The notes beneath the pieces were generated by a model, which had not been told where the DNA came from, did not search any database, and saw only the letters and a program-made list of their open reading frames with translations. Position numbers and translations under genes: made by a program. A DNA stretch of 32,000 bases from Xanthomonas campestris pv. campestris str. ATCC 33913 (GTDB taxonomy: Bacteria; Pseudomonadota; Gammaproteobacteria; Xanthomonadales; Xanthomonadaceae): contig NC_003902.1 of assembly GCF_000007145.1 (NCBI RefSeq), forward strand, positions 2,816,497-2,848,496, in the 5' to 3' direction. Positions 18,194 to 27,493 of this stretch are shown here, piece by piece (positions within the stretch are counted from its first letter, which is position 1; every line of letters begins with the position of its first letter).

Positions 18194-21070
18194 TCAGAAC
18201 TTCACCGTGGCACGCGCCCAATAGAACCGGCCCAACAAATCGTAAGTAGCCACGTCAGTATTGGCGTTGCCAACATTGTTGGAGTAATACAGCGGCGGCT
18301 GCTTGTCGGCGATGTTGTCCACGCCCACTTCGAAACGCGTGTGCCACGGTTGCACCTCGTAGCCCAGCTGCAGATTGTTGTAGACATAGGCGCCGATCTT
18401 GCGCACCACGGTGGGCTGGCTGGAATCGGCCGACAGGCTCTGATCCGGATCGGAATTGCCGATGGCGGTATTGCCGACGTAACGGATGCGCCAGGTTGCG
18501 CTCCAGTCGCCCAACGCCCAGCTCACCGTGCCCAGGCCACGCCAGCGCGGGAAGTTGCCATAGGCCTGGGTGTAGCGGCCCACATTGTGGATGGTGACCG
18601 AGCTGGGGTCGGTGGTGTCGGGCAGCACGTCGTAGCGCGTGAGATAGGTACCATTGAGGCCTACATTGACGTTACCCCATGCGGTTTCCGGCAGACGATA
18701 GGTCAGGTTGAAGTCGATGCCCTTGGCCCACAGCTTGCCCAGATTTACGGTGGGCTCGGCGATGTAGTTGATGGTGCCATTGCCGTTGCGATGGATCAGC
18801 GGGCAGAACGCGCTGGCAGAATTTGCATAACACTGATTGAGCACGGTCTGCGCGGAGACGGTGGTGATGGTGTCTTCCAGATCGATGCGCCACCAGTCCG
18901 CGCTCAGCGAGAGGCCATCGATCCATTGCGGGTCGTACACCAGGCCCACATCATAGGACTTACCGGTTTCCGGCTTGAGCTGGTAACCAGCAACCGCTGC
19001 GCCGGAGACCTTGCCCGACACCTGGCCATCGGACTGCTGATAGCTGCCATCGGTGGGCACGTTGGCACATGCAACGCTGCTGCCGCCGGTGTAGCCATTG
19101 CATGGGTCATTGACGGTGGCCGCATCGCCGGCCACGCCGGCGTACAGCTCGTTGATATTGGGCGCGCGGAACACCTGCGAGACCGTGCCACGCAGCAGCA
19201 GGTTTTCGATCGGGCGGTACTCCAGCGACACCTTGCTATTGGTCTTGCTGCCCACCGAGCTGTAGTCGGAAAACCGCGTGCCCAGGGTGATGTTCAAGGC
19301 ATTGATACCCGGCAGGTCCTTGAGCAGCGGGAACAGCGCTTCTGCATAGGCCTCCTTGACATCGAAGCTGCCGCTCAACGTGGAGGCGCAGTATTCGATC
19401 ACGCCGCACAAGCCGTCCTCATCGCCCGTCCACAACGGGTCGGAGGTGGTGGTGGAGCGCTCCTTGCGATACGACAGACCGGCCGCCAGGCTGGCTGCGC
19501 CGGCCGGCATATCAAACAGCGTGCCGTTGGCATTGGCCTCGAACTGCTTGACGGTGTAGACGCTGGTGACAATCGGGTTGACCACCATGCCCTGCAGGGT
19601 GGCGAGGTTGGAGCTGTCGTTGAGGTTGAAGAAATTTAGCGGCGTGCAGCCGGCGATCGCCGCGCCCGCGCTGCCGCACTTGACCACGCCATCGCTGTCC
19701 AGGAACGACGGACCGATGGCCTGATTGAAGGTGGCGTAATCCAGGAAGCCGTTGTTGATCGACTTCTGCTTGACCTTGCCGTAGTTGAACGTGGCATCCC
19801 ATTGCCAGGAGCTGTCACCGAAGCGCCCGCGCAGCCCGGGGCTGATCTGGAAGTTGTAGGTGTTGTACTGGTAGCTGCGATTGCCCAGCACGGTGGCGCG
19901 GGTATTGAAGTCGTTGTACGAGGTGCCGGAGCTGCGATCGGTGCCGAAATTCACCCCGAATGGGTTGTAGTAACTTTGCGACGACACCAGGATGTTGTCG
20001 CCGTTGGAAAAGATCGGGATCGGCGCAATGATCGAGGCGGATTCGGTTTTGCTGAACCACGTGTTGACGTAGCCCTCCACACTGTCGCTGAAGCGATACG
20101 TGCCCAGCACAAAGGCATTGGTGCGCTTTTGCGGTGTCTGCAGCAGGTTGAACGGCTGGTAGTTGTAGGAATCGGCAGCGGCGTCGTAACAATGGAAATC
20201 GCCGGGCCCGGCACGGCCGCTGACACCGCCATTGAGGGTGACACGCGTACAGCCATTCGCTTGTCGCAGCTGGCTTGACGCGTCGGAGCCATCGTTGAAA
20301 TTGACGGTGCCGGTGGGCGTTGCGGAGGAGCCCTGCTTCACCGGCACGCCATCGGTGAGCGCCAGCGCATCCTTGGAATAGTCACGCGCGGCGGCAGAAA
20401 CCGGGTCGATGTTGTGATACGACAGACCCGCAATCAGGCTGCCACGCTCGAAGGTCTTCCCGGCGGTGAGCGCGAAATTGCGGCGATTACCATCGCGCTC
20501 CTTGCTGGTGCCGAAGTCGCTACTGAATTGCACACCATCAAAGCGCGTACGCAGGATGAAGTTGACCACACCACCAATGGCATCGGACCCATACACCGCC
20601 GACGCACCATCGCTGAGTACCTCGATGCGTTCGATCATGCTGGCCGGAATGGCATTGACGTCGTTGTAGGCAAGCCGAATGCCGTTGACCAGGACCAGCG
20701 TGCGCTTGTCGCCCAGACCACGCAGCGATACGGCCGACGCACCGGTGCCGCCGCCATTGTTGGTGTACGGGTTGGTGGCATTGCCGGCAATGGACGGCAG
20801 CTCCTGCAACAGGTCGCCTACAGTGGCCTTGCCGGTGGCGGCAATCTGCTCCTGGCTGACGGTCACCACCGGGTTGGCGGTTTCGGTATCCACTCGGCGC
20901 AGGCGCGAGCCGGTGACCACCACGCTGTCGAGTGTCTGTGTTGCATCGCCGGCAGCTGGGGTCTGTTGCGCATGCAGATCCGCCCCCACTGTCAGGCCCA
21001 GGGCTGCGGCGACGGAAAGACTCAGGAACGAAGGACTGCGCACCGGACGTAACGGCAAAGAAAACGACAT
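18194..21070 (-). CDS. TonB-dependent outer-membrane receptor (CUT-locus type)
   Basis: Track ORF 18194..21094. I prefer the ATG at 21070 because CCGAGGAGTTCCG-ATG provides a strong SD (GAGGAG, 5-nt spacer). The signal peptide is MSFSLPLRPVRSPSFLSLSVAAALGLTVGADLHA, the TonB box/plug is LDSVVVTGSRL and LSDGASAVYGSDAIGGVVNFI, and the C-terminus is YWARATVKF. Several Cys pairs occur in predicted loops. Confidence 0.92.
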   Translation of the reverse strand: MSFSLPLRPVRSPSFLSLSVAAALGLTVGADLHAQQTPAAGDATQTLDSVVVTGSRLRRVDTETANPVVTVSQEQIAATGKATVGDLLQELPSIAGNATNPYTNNGGGTGASAVSLRGLGDKRTLVLVNGIRLAYNDVNAIPASMIERIEVLSDGASAVYGSDAIGGVVNFILRTRFDGVQFSSDFGTSKERDGNRRNFALTAGKTFERGSLIAGLSYHNIDPVSAAARDYSKDALALTDGVPVKQGSSATPTGTVNFNDGSDASSQLRQANGCTRVTLNGGVSGRAGPGDFHCYDAAADSYNYQPFNLLQTPQKRTNAFVLGTYRFSDSVEGYVNTWFSKTESASIIAPIPIFSNGDNILVSSQSYYNPFGVNFGTDRSSGTSYNDFNTRATVLGNRSYQYNTYNFQISPGLRGRFGDSSWQWDATFNYGKVKQKSINNGFLDYATFNQAIGPSFLDSDGVVKCGSAGAAIAGCTPLNFFNLNDSSNLATLQGMVVNPIVTSVYTVKQFEANANGTLFDMPAGAASLAAGLSYRKERSTTTSDPLWTGDEDGLCGVIEYCASTLSGSFDVKEAYAEALFPLLKDLPGINALNITLGTRFSDYSSVGSKTNSKVSLEYRPIENLLLRGTVSQVFRAPNINELYAGVAGDAATVNDPCNGYTGGSSVACANVPTDGSYQQSDGQVSGKVSGAAVAGYQLKPETGKSYDVGLVYDPQWIDGLSLSADWWRIDLEDTITTVSAQTVLNQCYANSASAFCPLIHRNGNGTINYIAEPTVNLGKLWAKGIDFNLTYRLPETAWGNVNVGLNGTYLTRYDVLPDTTDPSSVTIHNVGRYTQAYGNFPRWRGLGTVSWALGDWSATWRIRYVGNTAIGNSDPDQSLSADSSQPTVVRKIGAYVYNNLQLGYEVQPWHTRFEVGVDNIADKQPPLYYSNNVGNANTDVATYDLLGRFYWARATVKF

Positions 21071-21515
21071 CGGAACTCCTCGGAAATCATTCATGAGAAG
21101 CAGTGCGGCCTAGCAGACTGAGCCGGCCGCATCACGCGTTGACGCAAAGAGGACTGCATTGCCTAAGACGCGACGCGTCTGAAGACATGTGCATCAGCAG
21201 GTAATGCGCGTACCAGCACGCGCTTTGTCATCGGTGCGTCACACTTTAGGCAGCACCGCCACCCGACGTCTTGTCGCATTTGCAACGCATTGGCGCGGAA
21301 ACTTGCACGATCGATGGACGGTCGACGCCGACGTCGGCGCAGTGCACATGTATTGGCGGGGCAACTCCGCCGACTTTCAGCGGCTGACCGCGCGCATAGC
21401 AGACTGCAGCGCAGGTGCGGATCTGCGCGTGCGCGCCTCAGGAACGTGGGATCGGCAGCCGAACAGCCATCTGCGCTCCCAACCCCACGGCAATCAGTGC
21501 ATGCGACCACTCACC

Positions 21516-23282
21516 TCATCGGCAGGGTTGTGGCTCGAACTGATGGCCGTTGGTATTCCAGTTCCGATCCAGGCCATCGTCGCCTTTATAGGCATAACAG
21601 GTCGCGGCCGGGCCCACTAGCGGAGTGGCGCCCTGAATACTAACCTCATAGGGAAACCGCGCAGCTGCCTGGCCCGCCAGCTGCTCTTCCCCGGTAGGCA
21701 CCTCGGAGTAGCGATACGGCGTGGCGGTGACCACCAGGTAGTGCGTGATGCCTTTACCGCCTTGCAGCGGGAATGACGCAGTCGCCGACGCAGTGCCGTC
21801 CACCGCAACCAACGGCGCGTAGCGCGGATGCGCCTGGGCATCCAGTGAGACCACAGTGAATCGCCACGACGCCTGATCAGCGCGGGTCTTGCCGGTCAAG
21901 CTGACCTTGATCGAGGTCGCCGAGCTCAGCGGCGTCAACGGAATCACGTGCGTGCCGTAGATGTTCAACGGGCGCTCCGGCGACGATGCGTAGCGGCCGG
22001 GCGCCGCCAGGGGCTTGAGCGGCACATAGCGTTTGCCAGCGGCGTTGCCGTTGCCGATATCGAGCATCGCCTTTTGGCTGACGAAGTCGAACGCCGCTAA
22101 ACGTGCGCCATAGCGGCCCACGGTGTCGGCGAACGAACGATACCCGTTTGGAAACTGCCCGCCCTGCTGACCCAGGCGCACCAGGGTCTCTACCGGCAGT
22201 TCCAGGGTGTCGCCATCGGCATTGCGCAGGTTCTTCAGCCACATGTCCCAGACCAGTGACCGGGTGGCATCGTTTTCGTCCAGATACATCAACCACGGAT
22301 GCGCGCCGTAGCGGCTTTGCGGAAAGAACGGGCCGTTTTCCAGATTCGAGTAGTAGTACGCCAGCCATTGGTCGTCCATGCGCGTTGTCTGGTACGCGCT
22401 CCAGTTGGCGTTGGTTTCCCAGAACCACCCGGCCGCCTGCTTGTTGCGATAGCCGCCGCTGTAGAACTGGATGACATGGGTAAATTCGTGTGCAATCGAG
22501 AATGACCCATAGCCCAGCGCCCACGACGAGGCGCCGATGGCCTGACCACCGGAGGCGCCGCATTCGGTAAGGTCTCCGCCTTGCACATAAGGTAGGCCGG
22601 TTGCGCACATGTACACATTAATGCGCTTGGGTTTGGCTGCAGTTGCATACGGCATCGGTGCACCGAGCGCCTGTGCGTTCATGTCCCAAACCTGCTCCAG
22701 CCAACGCGCGCTTTGGGCGACAAAATCCTTCCACACCAGTCCCCGGCTGGCCACGTCGCGGTAACTCTCGCCATTGCGATCGATGCCGTACCACAACGCA
22801 AAGTGCTGCGTTTCGTACTTCTGCACAGAACCATTGGCCAGCATCGCGGCAGTGACCGTCTCGGGCTCGGCCTCGGTGACATAGCGGCGGGTGTCCTTGC
22901 GGATTGGATGTGCCTTGGCGACATTGGCAACATAGCGGCGGTCAGGCTCTCCAAACGAATTGAGTTGATAGCGCCGGCGGCAGCCATCGGCACTCTCCAG
23001 CACCACCGTGCGCCAGGATTGCGAAGACGCCTCCCCGACGGCAACGACCAACCTGGCATCGAAGGGCTGCCCCTGCGCAATGCCGGCGTTGTTCGGTTTT
23101 CCGGCGTCCGGTTGCCCATTGTTGGGCGTCCAGGTGCGTAGCGGCTGCGCCGCCCCCCAGGGATAGCGTTGCGAGAGGCTCTGGCAACCGACCGTTTCGT
23201 CCGCCATTGCCAGGCTGGGCAGCGACATCGAAAGGACGGCGCCAAGTATCCAGCGCGTGACGGGGATGAGATGTTGCGTCAT
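21516..23282 (-). CDS. Secreted putative zinc metallopeptidase (HEXXH-X19-E, gluzincin-like), family not recognised
   Basis: 588 aa. ATG at 23282 has GGAG 8 nt upstream. Signal peptide MTQHLIPVTRWILGAVLSMSLPSLAMA/DE. HEFTH is encoded by CAC GAA TTT ACC CAT at 22476-22490 (minus strand). A Glu lies exactly 20 residues after the second His (WFWETNANW, 22416-22418), which is the thermolysin-type spacing. The C-terminal roughly 200 aa look like a beta-sandwich domain. Confidence 0.7.
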   Translation of the reverse strand: MTQHLIPVTRWILGAVLSMSLPSLAMADETVGCQSLSQRYPWGAAQPLRTWTPNNGQPDAGKPNNAGIAQGQPFDARLVVAVGEASSQSWRTVVLESADGCRRRYQLNSFGEPDRRYVANVAKAHPIRKDTRRYVTEAEPETVTAAMLANGSVQKYETQHFALWYGIDRNGESYRDVASRGLVWKDFVAQSARWLEQVWDMNAQALGAPMPYATAAKPKRINVYMCATGLPYVQGGDLTECGASGGQAIGASSWALGYGSFSIAHEFTHVIQFYSGGYRNKQAAGWFWETNANWSAYQTTRMDDQWLAYYYSNLENGPFFPQSRYGAHPWLMYLDENDATRSLVWDMWLKNLRNADGDTLELPVETLVRLGQQGGQFPNGYRSFADTVGRYGARLAAFDFVSQKAMLDIGNGNAAGKRYVPLKPLAAPGRYASSPERPLNIYGTHVIPLTPLSSATSIKVSLTGKTRADQASWRFTVVSLDAQAHPRYAPLVAVDGTASATASFPLQGGKGITHYLVVTATPYRYSEVPTGEEQLAGQAAARFPYEVSIQGATPLVGPAATCYAYKGDDGLDRNWNTNGHQFEPQPCR

Positions 23283-23477
23283 TGTCGGGTCTCCAAAACG
23301 AAGTGCAGGGATGCATGTGAATCGGGTCGTGCAAGTGGGCAGTGGGATCGCCGGTCGGTCTTGCGATGCAGCCGCGATTACCGATGAGCTGCGGGAGACG
23401 CCGACTCACAAGCGCAGTTTTTCGGCGGCGTTCGGCTGGATCGCCACGTTGCGCAACGCCGGCCTGCCAATCCGTTG

Positions 23478-25820
23478 TCATGGCGCGGGCACTGCGGCAG
23501 AGACCTGATTCCACTCCGGCGTCGGAGTGCGGTGCAACCAGCGCTGGAAAAAATCCAACAGGCGGCGCTTGCCGTAGTCACCGCCTGCGCCGTGATCGCC
23601 GCCGGGCACCACCAGCAGGTCGAAATCCTTGCCCGCCTTGATCAGGCGATCGGCCACCTGGAAGGTGCTGGCAGGATCGACATTCTTGTCCATGTCGCCG
23701 GTGACCAGCAGCAAATGGCCCTGCAGGCGCGCGGCGTTTTCCACGTTCGAGGATTCGGCGTACCACGGCCCCACCGGCCAGCCCATCCATTGCTCGTTCC
23801 ACCAGATCTTGTCCATGCGATTGTCGTGGCAGCCTGAGTTCGCCACGCCGGCCACGTAGAACTCGGGATGGAACAGCAACGCGCCCAGCGCGTTCTGCCC
23901 GCCGGCCGAGGTGCCGTACACGCCCACCCCGCCGCGAATGTCGTACCAGGGGTAACGTGCGGCGGCCGCCTTGTGCCAGGCGATGCGGTCCGGCAAGCCG
24001 GCGTCTTTAAGATTGCGCCAGGCCACGTCGTGAAAAGCGCGCGAGCGGTTGTTGGTGCCCATGCCGTCGATCTGCGCCACCGCAAAGCCGAGCCCCGTCA
24101 GCGGCGGCGTGCGCGTGGTGAAGCGCTTCGGCACGAACGAGCCCTGCGGCCCGGCGTAGATGTATTCGACGACGCGATACGGCTGCTGGGCATCGAGCTG
24201 CTGGGGGCGGAAAATGACGCCCCAGATCTCGGTCTTGCCATCGCGCCCGGGGGTATGGAACGGCAACGGCGGCTGCCAACCGGCCGCCAGCAGGTGGCTT
24301 AGATCTGTGCGCTCCACCGTGTGTACCAGGCTGCCATCCGCACTGCGCCGCAGCTCCAGTACCGGCCCCAGGTCCACGCGCGAAGACAGGTCCAGAAACC
24401 AGCGCCCGTCCGGCGAATAACGCACATCATGATCGGCGGCCAGCGGGGTCAGCGCGGTCAGGCCGGTGCCGTCCAGGCCGATGCGATAGGCATGGCGGTA
24501 GTACGGGTCTTCACCGGGTTGCATGCCGGAGGCGCTGAAGTACACCTGCCCGGCCGCCTCGTCGACATGATCGAGCCTGCGCACCACCCACTCGCCACGG
24601 GTGACCTGGCGCATCACGCGACCAGTGCGGCCATCGTAGAGATACAGGTGTTCCCAGCCATCGCGCTCGGAGGCCCACAGCAGTTGCGCGCCATCGGCAA
24701 GATCGTGGCGCGCGTACTTGCCGCCGTCTTCGTTGTCGCCACTGAGTGGCGAGTACTCGATAAAGGTGGGCGAGGTTTCCTCGATCACGGTGCGCGCAAC
24801 GGCGGTGCCTGCATCCACTTCGATCACGCGGTACAGCTGATGCCCACGGGCGTTGTATTCGAAGGTCACGCCGCGGCTGTCCTTCCACCATTGCAGCTCG
24901 CTAAGGGTGAAGGCGTTGGGCAGCAGGGTCATGTCCACCGGGCGCGCGGTGCGCGTGGCCACGTCGAACAGCACTGGCTGCATCACCGGCAATGGGTCGC
25001 CGGGCTTGGGATAGACCTGCTGATGCAGCTTGGGTTGCACGCGATCGGCCGGCGCCGATTCGATGTAATACACGATGTGCGGCGGCGGCGCCTTGACCCG
25101 ATAGGCGGCCACATGTTGCGAGTCGGGCGACCACACCACCGTGTCGATGGCGTAGAAGTCGCTCGCACTGCCATCGTCACTGATGGCCGTTGGCGTGCCG
25201 CCGCCCACCGGGGCGATCAGCAGATTGCCCTGCTCCACCCACACCCGCCAGCGCCCGTCCGGCGAGTGCTTGGCATAGCGCTCGCCCTGCTTGAGCGGGA
25301 AACTCATGTCCATCGACTCGGGCCGCACATCGCGCTCGGGCAGGTGCGTGCAGCGGTAACGTACCAACTCGCACTGCCAGCCAAGATCTGCCAGCTGAAA
25401 GCGCAGCGTCTGCTGTTCCAGCGCTGGATCCTGCAAATGCAACGCTGCCGCATCCACGTTGTGTGCGCCGGCCTGGGTCAGCGCGGCGGCAAGACGTGCG
25501 TGGTCGAAGGCCGGCGTGTTGCGCCCGCTGGCGGCGTCCACCAGCCGGTACGCGATCGCCGGCGCCTGGCCCTGGCGCATGCTCCCGCGCCGGTACAAAA
25601 AGCGCTGCGCATCCACCCATACCGGCGCGCTGGGCTGGCGGTCGACCAGGGCGTCGTAGCGGTCGGTCAACCCGATCGCCGCGGTGTACTGCGCCGGTGT
25701 GGGCTCGGCAGGCTGCGCCGCCGCGTGCGCCAGCGTTGGCAGCATGGCAATGCTTAGACAGCACGCGATAAGGAGACGAAATTGCGACAGGCGCGCGGGA
25801 CGTTGCAACTGCAGGAGCAT
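23478..25820 (-). CDS. S9-family serine peptidase (DPP-IV / prolyl tripeptidyl peptidase-like: beta-propeller plus alpha/beta hydrolase)
   Basis: Inner ATG (cat at 25818-25820) gives MLLQLQRPARLSQFRLLIACCLSIAMLPTLAHA/AAQP, a signal peptide. Catalytic triad blocks are present: nucleophile YGTSAGG (Ser codon at 23907-23909), TGDMDKNVDP, and VVPGGDHGAGG. There is a DPP-IV-like N-terminal propeller (WSPDGRW and YSPDGRWF repeats). The upstream part of track ORF 23478..26039 overlaps the GH43 C-terminus and is rejected. Confidence 0.88.
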   Translation of the reverse strand: MLLQLQRPARLSQFRLLIACCLSIAMLPTLAHAAAQPAEPTPAQYTAAIGLTDRYDALVDRQPSAPVWVDAQRFLYRRGSMRQGQAPAIAYRLVDAASGRNTPAFDHARLAAALTQAGAHNVDAAALHLQDPALEQQTLRFQLADLGWQCELVRYRCTHLPERDVRPESMDMSFPLKQGERYAKHSPDGRWRVWVEQGNLLIAPVGGGTPTAISDDGSASDFYAIDTVVWSPDSQHVAAYRVKAPPPHIVYYIESAPADRVQPKLHQQVYPKPGDPLPVMQPVLFDVATRTARPVDMTLLPNAFTLSELQWWKDSRGVTFEYNARGHQLYRVIEVDAGTAVARTVIEETSPTFIEYSPLSGDNEDGGKYARHDLADGAQLLWASERDGWEHLYLYDGRTGRVMRQVTRGEWVVRRLDHVDEAAGQVYFSASGMQPGEDPYYRHAYRIGLDGTGLTALTPLAADHDVRYSPDGRWFLDLSSRVDLGPVLELRRSADGSLVHTVERTDLSHLLAAGWQPPLPFHTPGRDGKTEIWGVIFRPQQLDAQQPYRVVEYIYAGPQGSFVPKRFTTRTPPLTGLGFAVAQIDGMGTNNRSRAFHDVAWRNLKDAGLPDRIAWHKAAAARYPWYDIRGGVGVYGTSAGGQNALGALLFHPEFYVAGVANSGCHDNRMDKIWWNEQWMGWPVGPWYAESSNVENAARLQGHLLLVTGDMDKNVDPASTFQVADRLIKAGKDFDLLVVPGGDHGAGGDYGKRRLLDFFQRWLHRTPTPEWNQVSAAVPAP

Positions 25821-25894
25821 GGGTCGATCCAGGTGAGAAAGCCGGTGATGGGTGGAGAGAAATGTAGGCAGCGGTTGCGTTGTCGTCAGCGCAA

Positions 25895-27493
25895 TCACGG
25901 CGCATCGCAGTGGCGGCTGTCGGCGTCCGTGGCGGCGGGCAGTTGCTGCGGCTGCGGTGCCAGTACTTCCCACTCCTGCACGGCGAAGGCGGCGTAGCTG
26001 GGGCCGGAACCGGACGCATCGAACACCGCACGCACGCAACGCGTGGTCACCGGTGAGAACGACACAGCCTCATAGCGCCCGGTCCGTGTGCCATAGCGGT
26101 CACTGGCCTGCACAGGCACCCAGTGCCCACCCTGGCGATATTCCAGATGCCAGCGCGCCGGTGGCGCCACGCCGATCTGCGCGCCCGTCGGTTGGTCGGC
26201 CCAGAACACGATGCGGGTGCGGTCCAGCGTCACCAGCTGTGCCCAGCTGTACTGAATCCATTGCTGCGGCGGGTTGTCTGGCATCCAGCTGCCCCACAGC
26301 TGTGGCGGCAGCGGATTCGCTTTGACGATGCCGTCGTTGAGCGCTGCCATCCAGTACTGCACGGGAATATCCGGGCCGTTGGAGGCGCTGGCGTAGGCGG
26401 CTGGCGCTTGGTTGCGCTGCGGCTGCATCGGCGGTTGCGGGCGCCGCGTCGGCGTGATGGTGCGGATGCTGGCCGGCTGCGTGCCGTCGTCCCATTGCAG
26501 GCGATCGATCGCCACGCTGCGACGGAAATGCCCACCGCCGGCGGCATCGGCGGTGTGGTAGACCAGATACCACTGGCCGGCAAAGGCGACGATGCCCGGA
26601 TGGGAGGTGGTCGAACTCACCGGTGGCAGCACGATGCCGCGATACGTCCACGGCCCCAGTGGCGTGGGCGCGCTCGCATACGCGATGCACGCGTGATACT
26701 GCGTTGGCGTGCATGCCGAGCCGCGCCCGGCATTGTTGGCGGCATATGCCAGGTAGTAGGTGCCCTTGCGCTTGAACAACCAGGGCGCCTCGAAATAGCC
26801 GCCCAGCGTGTCCACCGCCACCGGCGTGCCCTTGAAGCTGACCATGTCGCGCTGCAGCTCCACGCCGTACAGCGCGCCGAAGGTGCCCCAGTACAGATAC
26901 ACGCGGCCGTCGTCATCCACCAGCACGGTGGGATCGATGTTCTGGATGGTGTTGGGCGTGGGCACCGACTGCGACACGATCGGCCCCTGTGGATGTGCAT
27001 CGGTCCACGGACCGAGTGGGCTGTCGGCCACCGCCACGCCGATGCCGAATGGATCGGCACTGGACGCGTTGCGCTGCTGCACTGGCGCATACAGGTAGTA
27101 GCGGCGATCGGGCCCTTGCACGATCTGCGCTGCATAGGCGTGGCGTTTGCCGGCCCAGGCGAACACGGCGTGCGGGCGCAAAAAGTCGCGGTAGTGGCTC
27201 CAGTTGCCGCGTTCGGGGTCGCCGGTCACAAACAATTGCCAGCCCGGCATGACGAAGTCGTTGCGCTCCGGGGGCGCGGTGTCGCGCCCGGCCAGGATGT
27301 AGAGCTTGCCATCGGCCACCAGCGGCGCCGGGTCGGCCGAATACGTGCTGCCGTCGGCCAGGATCGGGTTGCCCGGCGCGTGCAACTGCACGGGCTGCGC
27401 TGGCACTGCCGCGCATGCCGGAACACTGACCAACCACAAGGTCGTCGCGAAGATGCGTGCGCACGCACGCGCGCACATAACGCTCCACTTCAT
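25895..27493 (-). CDS. GH43 five-bladed-propeller glycosidase (candidate alpha-L-arabinofuranosidase) with C-terminal discoidin-like binding module
   Basis: Inner ATG (cat at 27491-27493) overlaps the stop of the upstream giant gene (ATGA). Signal peptide is MKWSVMCARACARIFATTLWLVSVPACA. GH43-like blocks are present: NPILADGSTYSADPAPLVADGKLYILAG, YAPVQ, DPTVLVDDDGRVYLYWG, FEAPWLFKRKGTYYLAY. The C-terminal roughly 150 aa are homologous to a module in the giant protein. The 122 upstream codons of the track ORF are an overlap artefact. Confidence 0.85.
   Translation of the reverse strand: MKWSVMCARACARIFATTLWLVSVPACAAVPAQPVQLHAPGNPILADGSTYSADPAPLVADGKLYILAGRDTAPPERNDFVMPGWQLFVTGDPERGNWSHYRDFLRPHAVFAWAGKRHAYAAQIVQGPDRRYYLYAPVQQRNASSADPFGIGVAVADSPLGPWTDAHPQGPIVSQSVPTPNTIQNIDPTVLVDDDGRVYLYWGTFGALYGVELQRDMVSFKGTPVAVDTLGGYFEAPWLFKRKGTYYLAYAANNAGRGSACTPTQYHACIAYASAPTPLGPWTYRGIVLPPVSSTTSHPGIVAFAGQWYLVYHTADAAGGGHFRRSVAIDRLQWDDGTQPASIRTITPTRRPQPPMQPQRNQAPAAYASASNGPDIPVQYWMAALNDGIVKANPLPPQLWGSWMPDNPPQQWIQYSWAQLVTLDRTRIVFWADQPTGAQIGVAPPARWHLEYRQGGHWVPVQASDRYGTRTGRYEAVSFSPVTTRCVRAVFDASGSGPSYAAFAVQEWEVLAPQPQQLPAATDADSRHCDAP

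Noticed and set aside
21111-21406. Exact 10-mer tagcagactg occurring twice (21111-21120 and 21397-21406)
   Set aside because: On its own it is not significant. Hundreds of repeated 10-mer pairs are expected by chance in a 32-kb window, and roughly a 0.1 chance within this 445-bp gap. It is mentioned only as part of the leader-region finding.
21163-21643. ORFs of 115 aa (minus), 143 aa and 117 aa (plus) in the gap upstream of the second receptor
   Set aside because: The translations are Arg/Cys/Ala-rich with no SD, no signal and no domain, and they mutually overlap in different frames. I treat the region as non-coding regulatory DNA instead.
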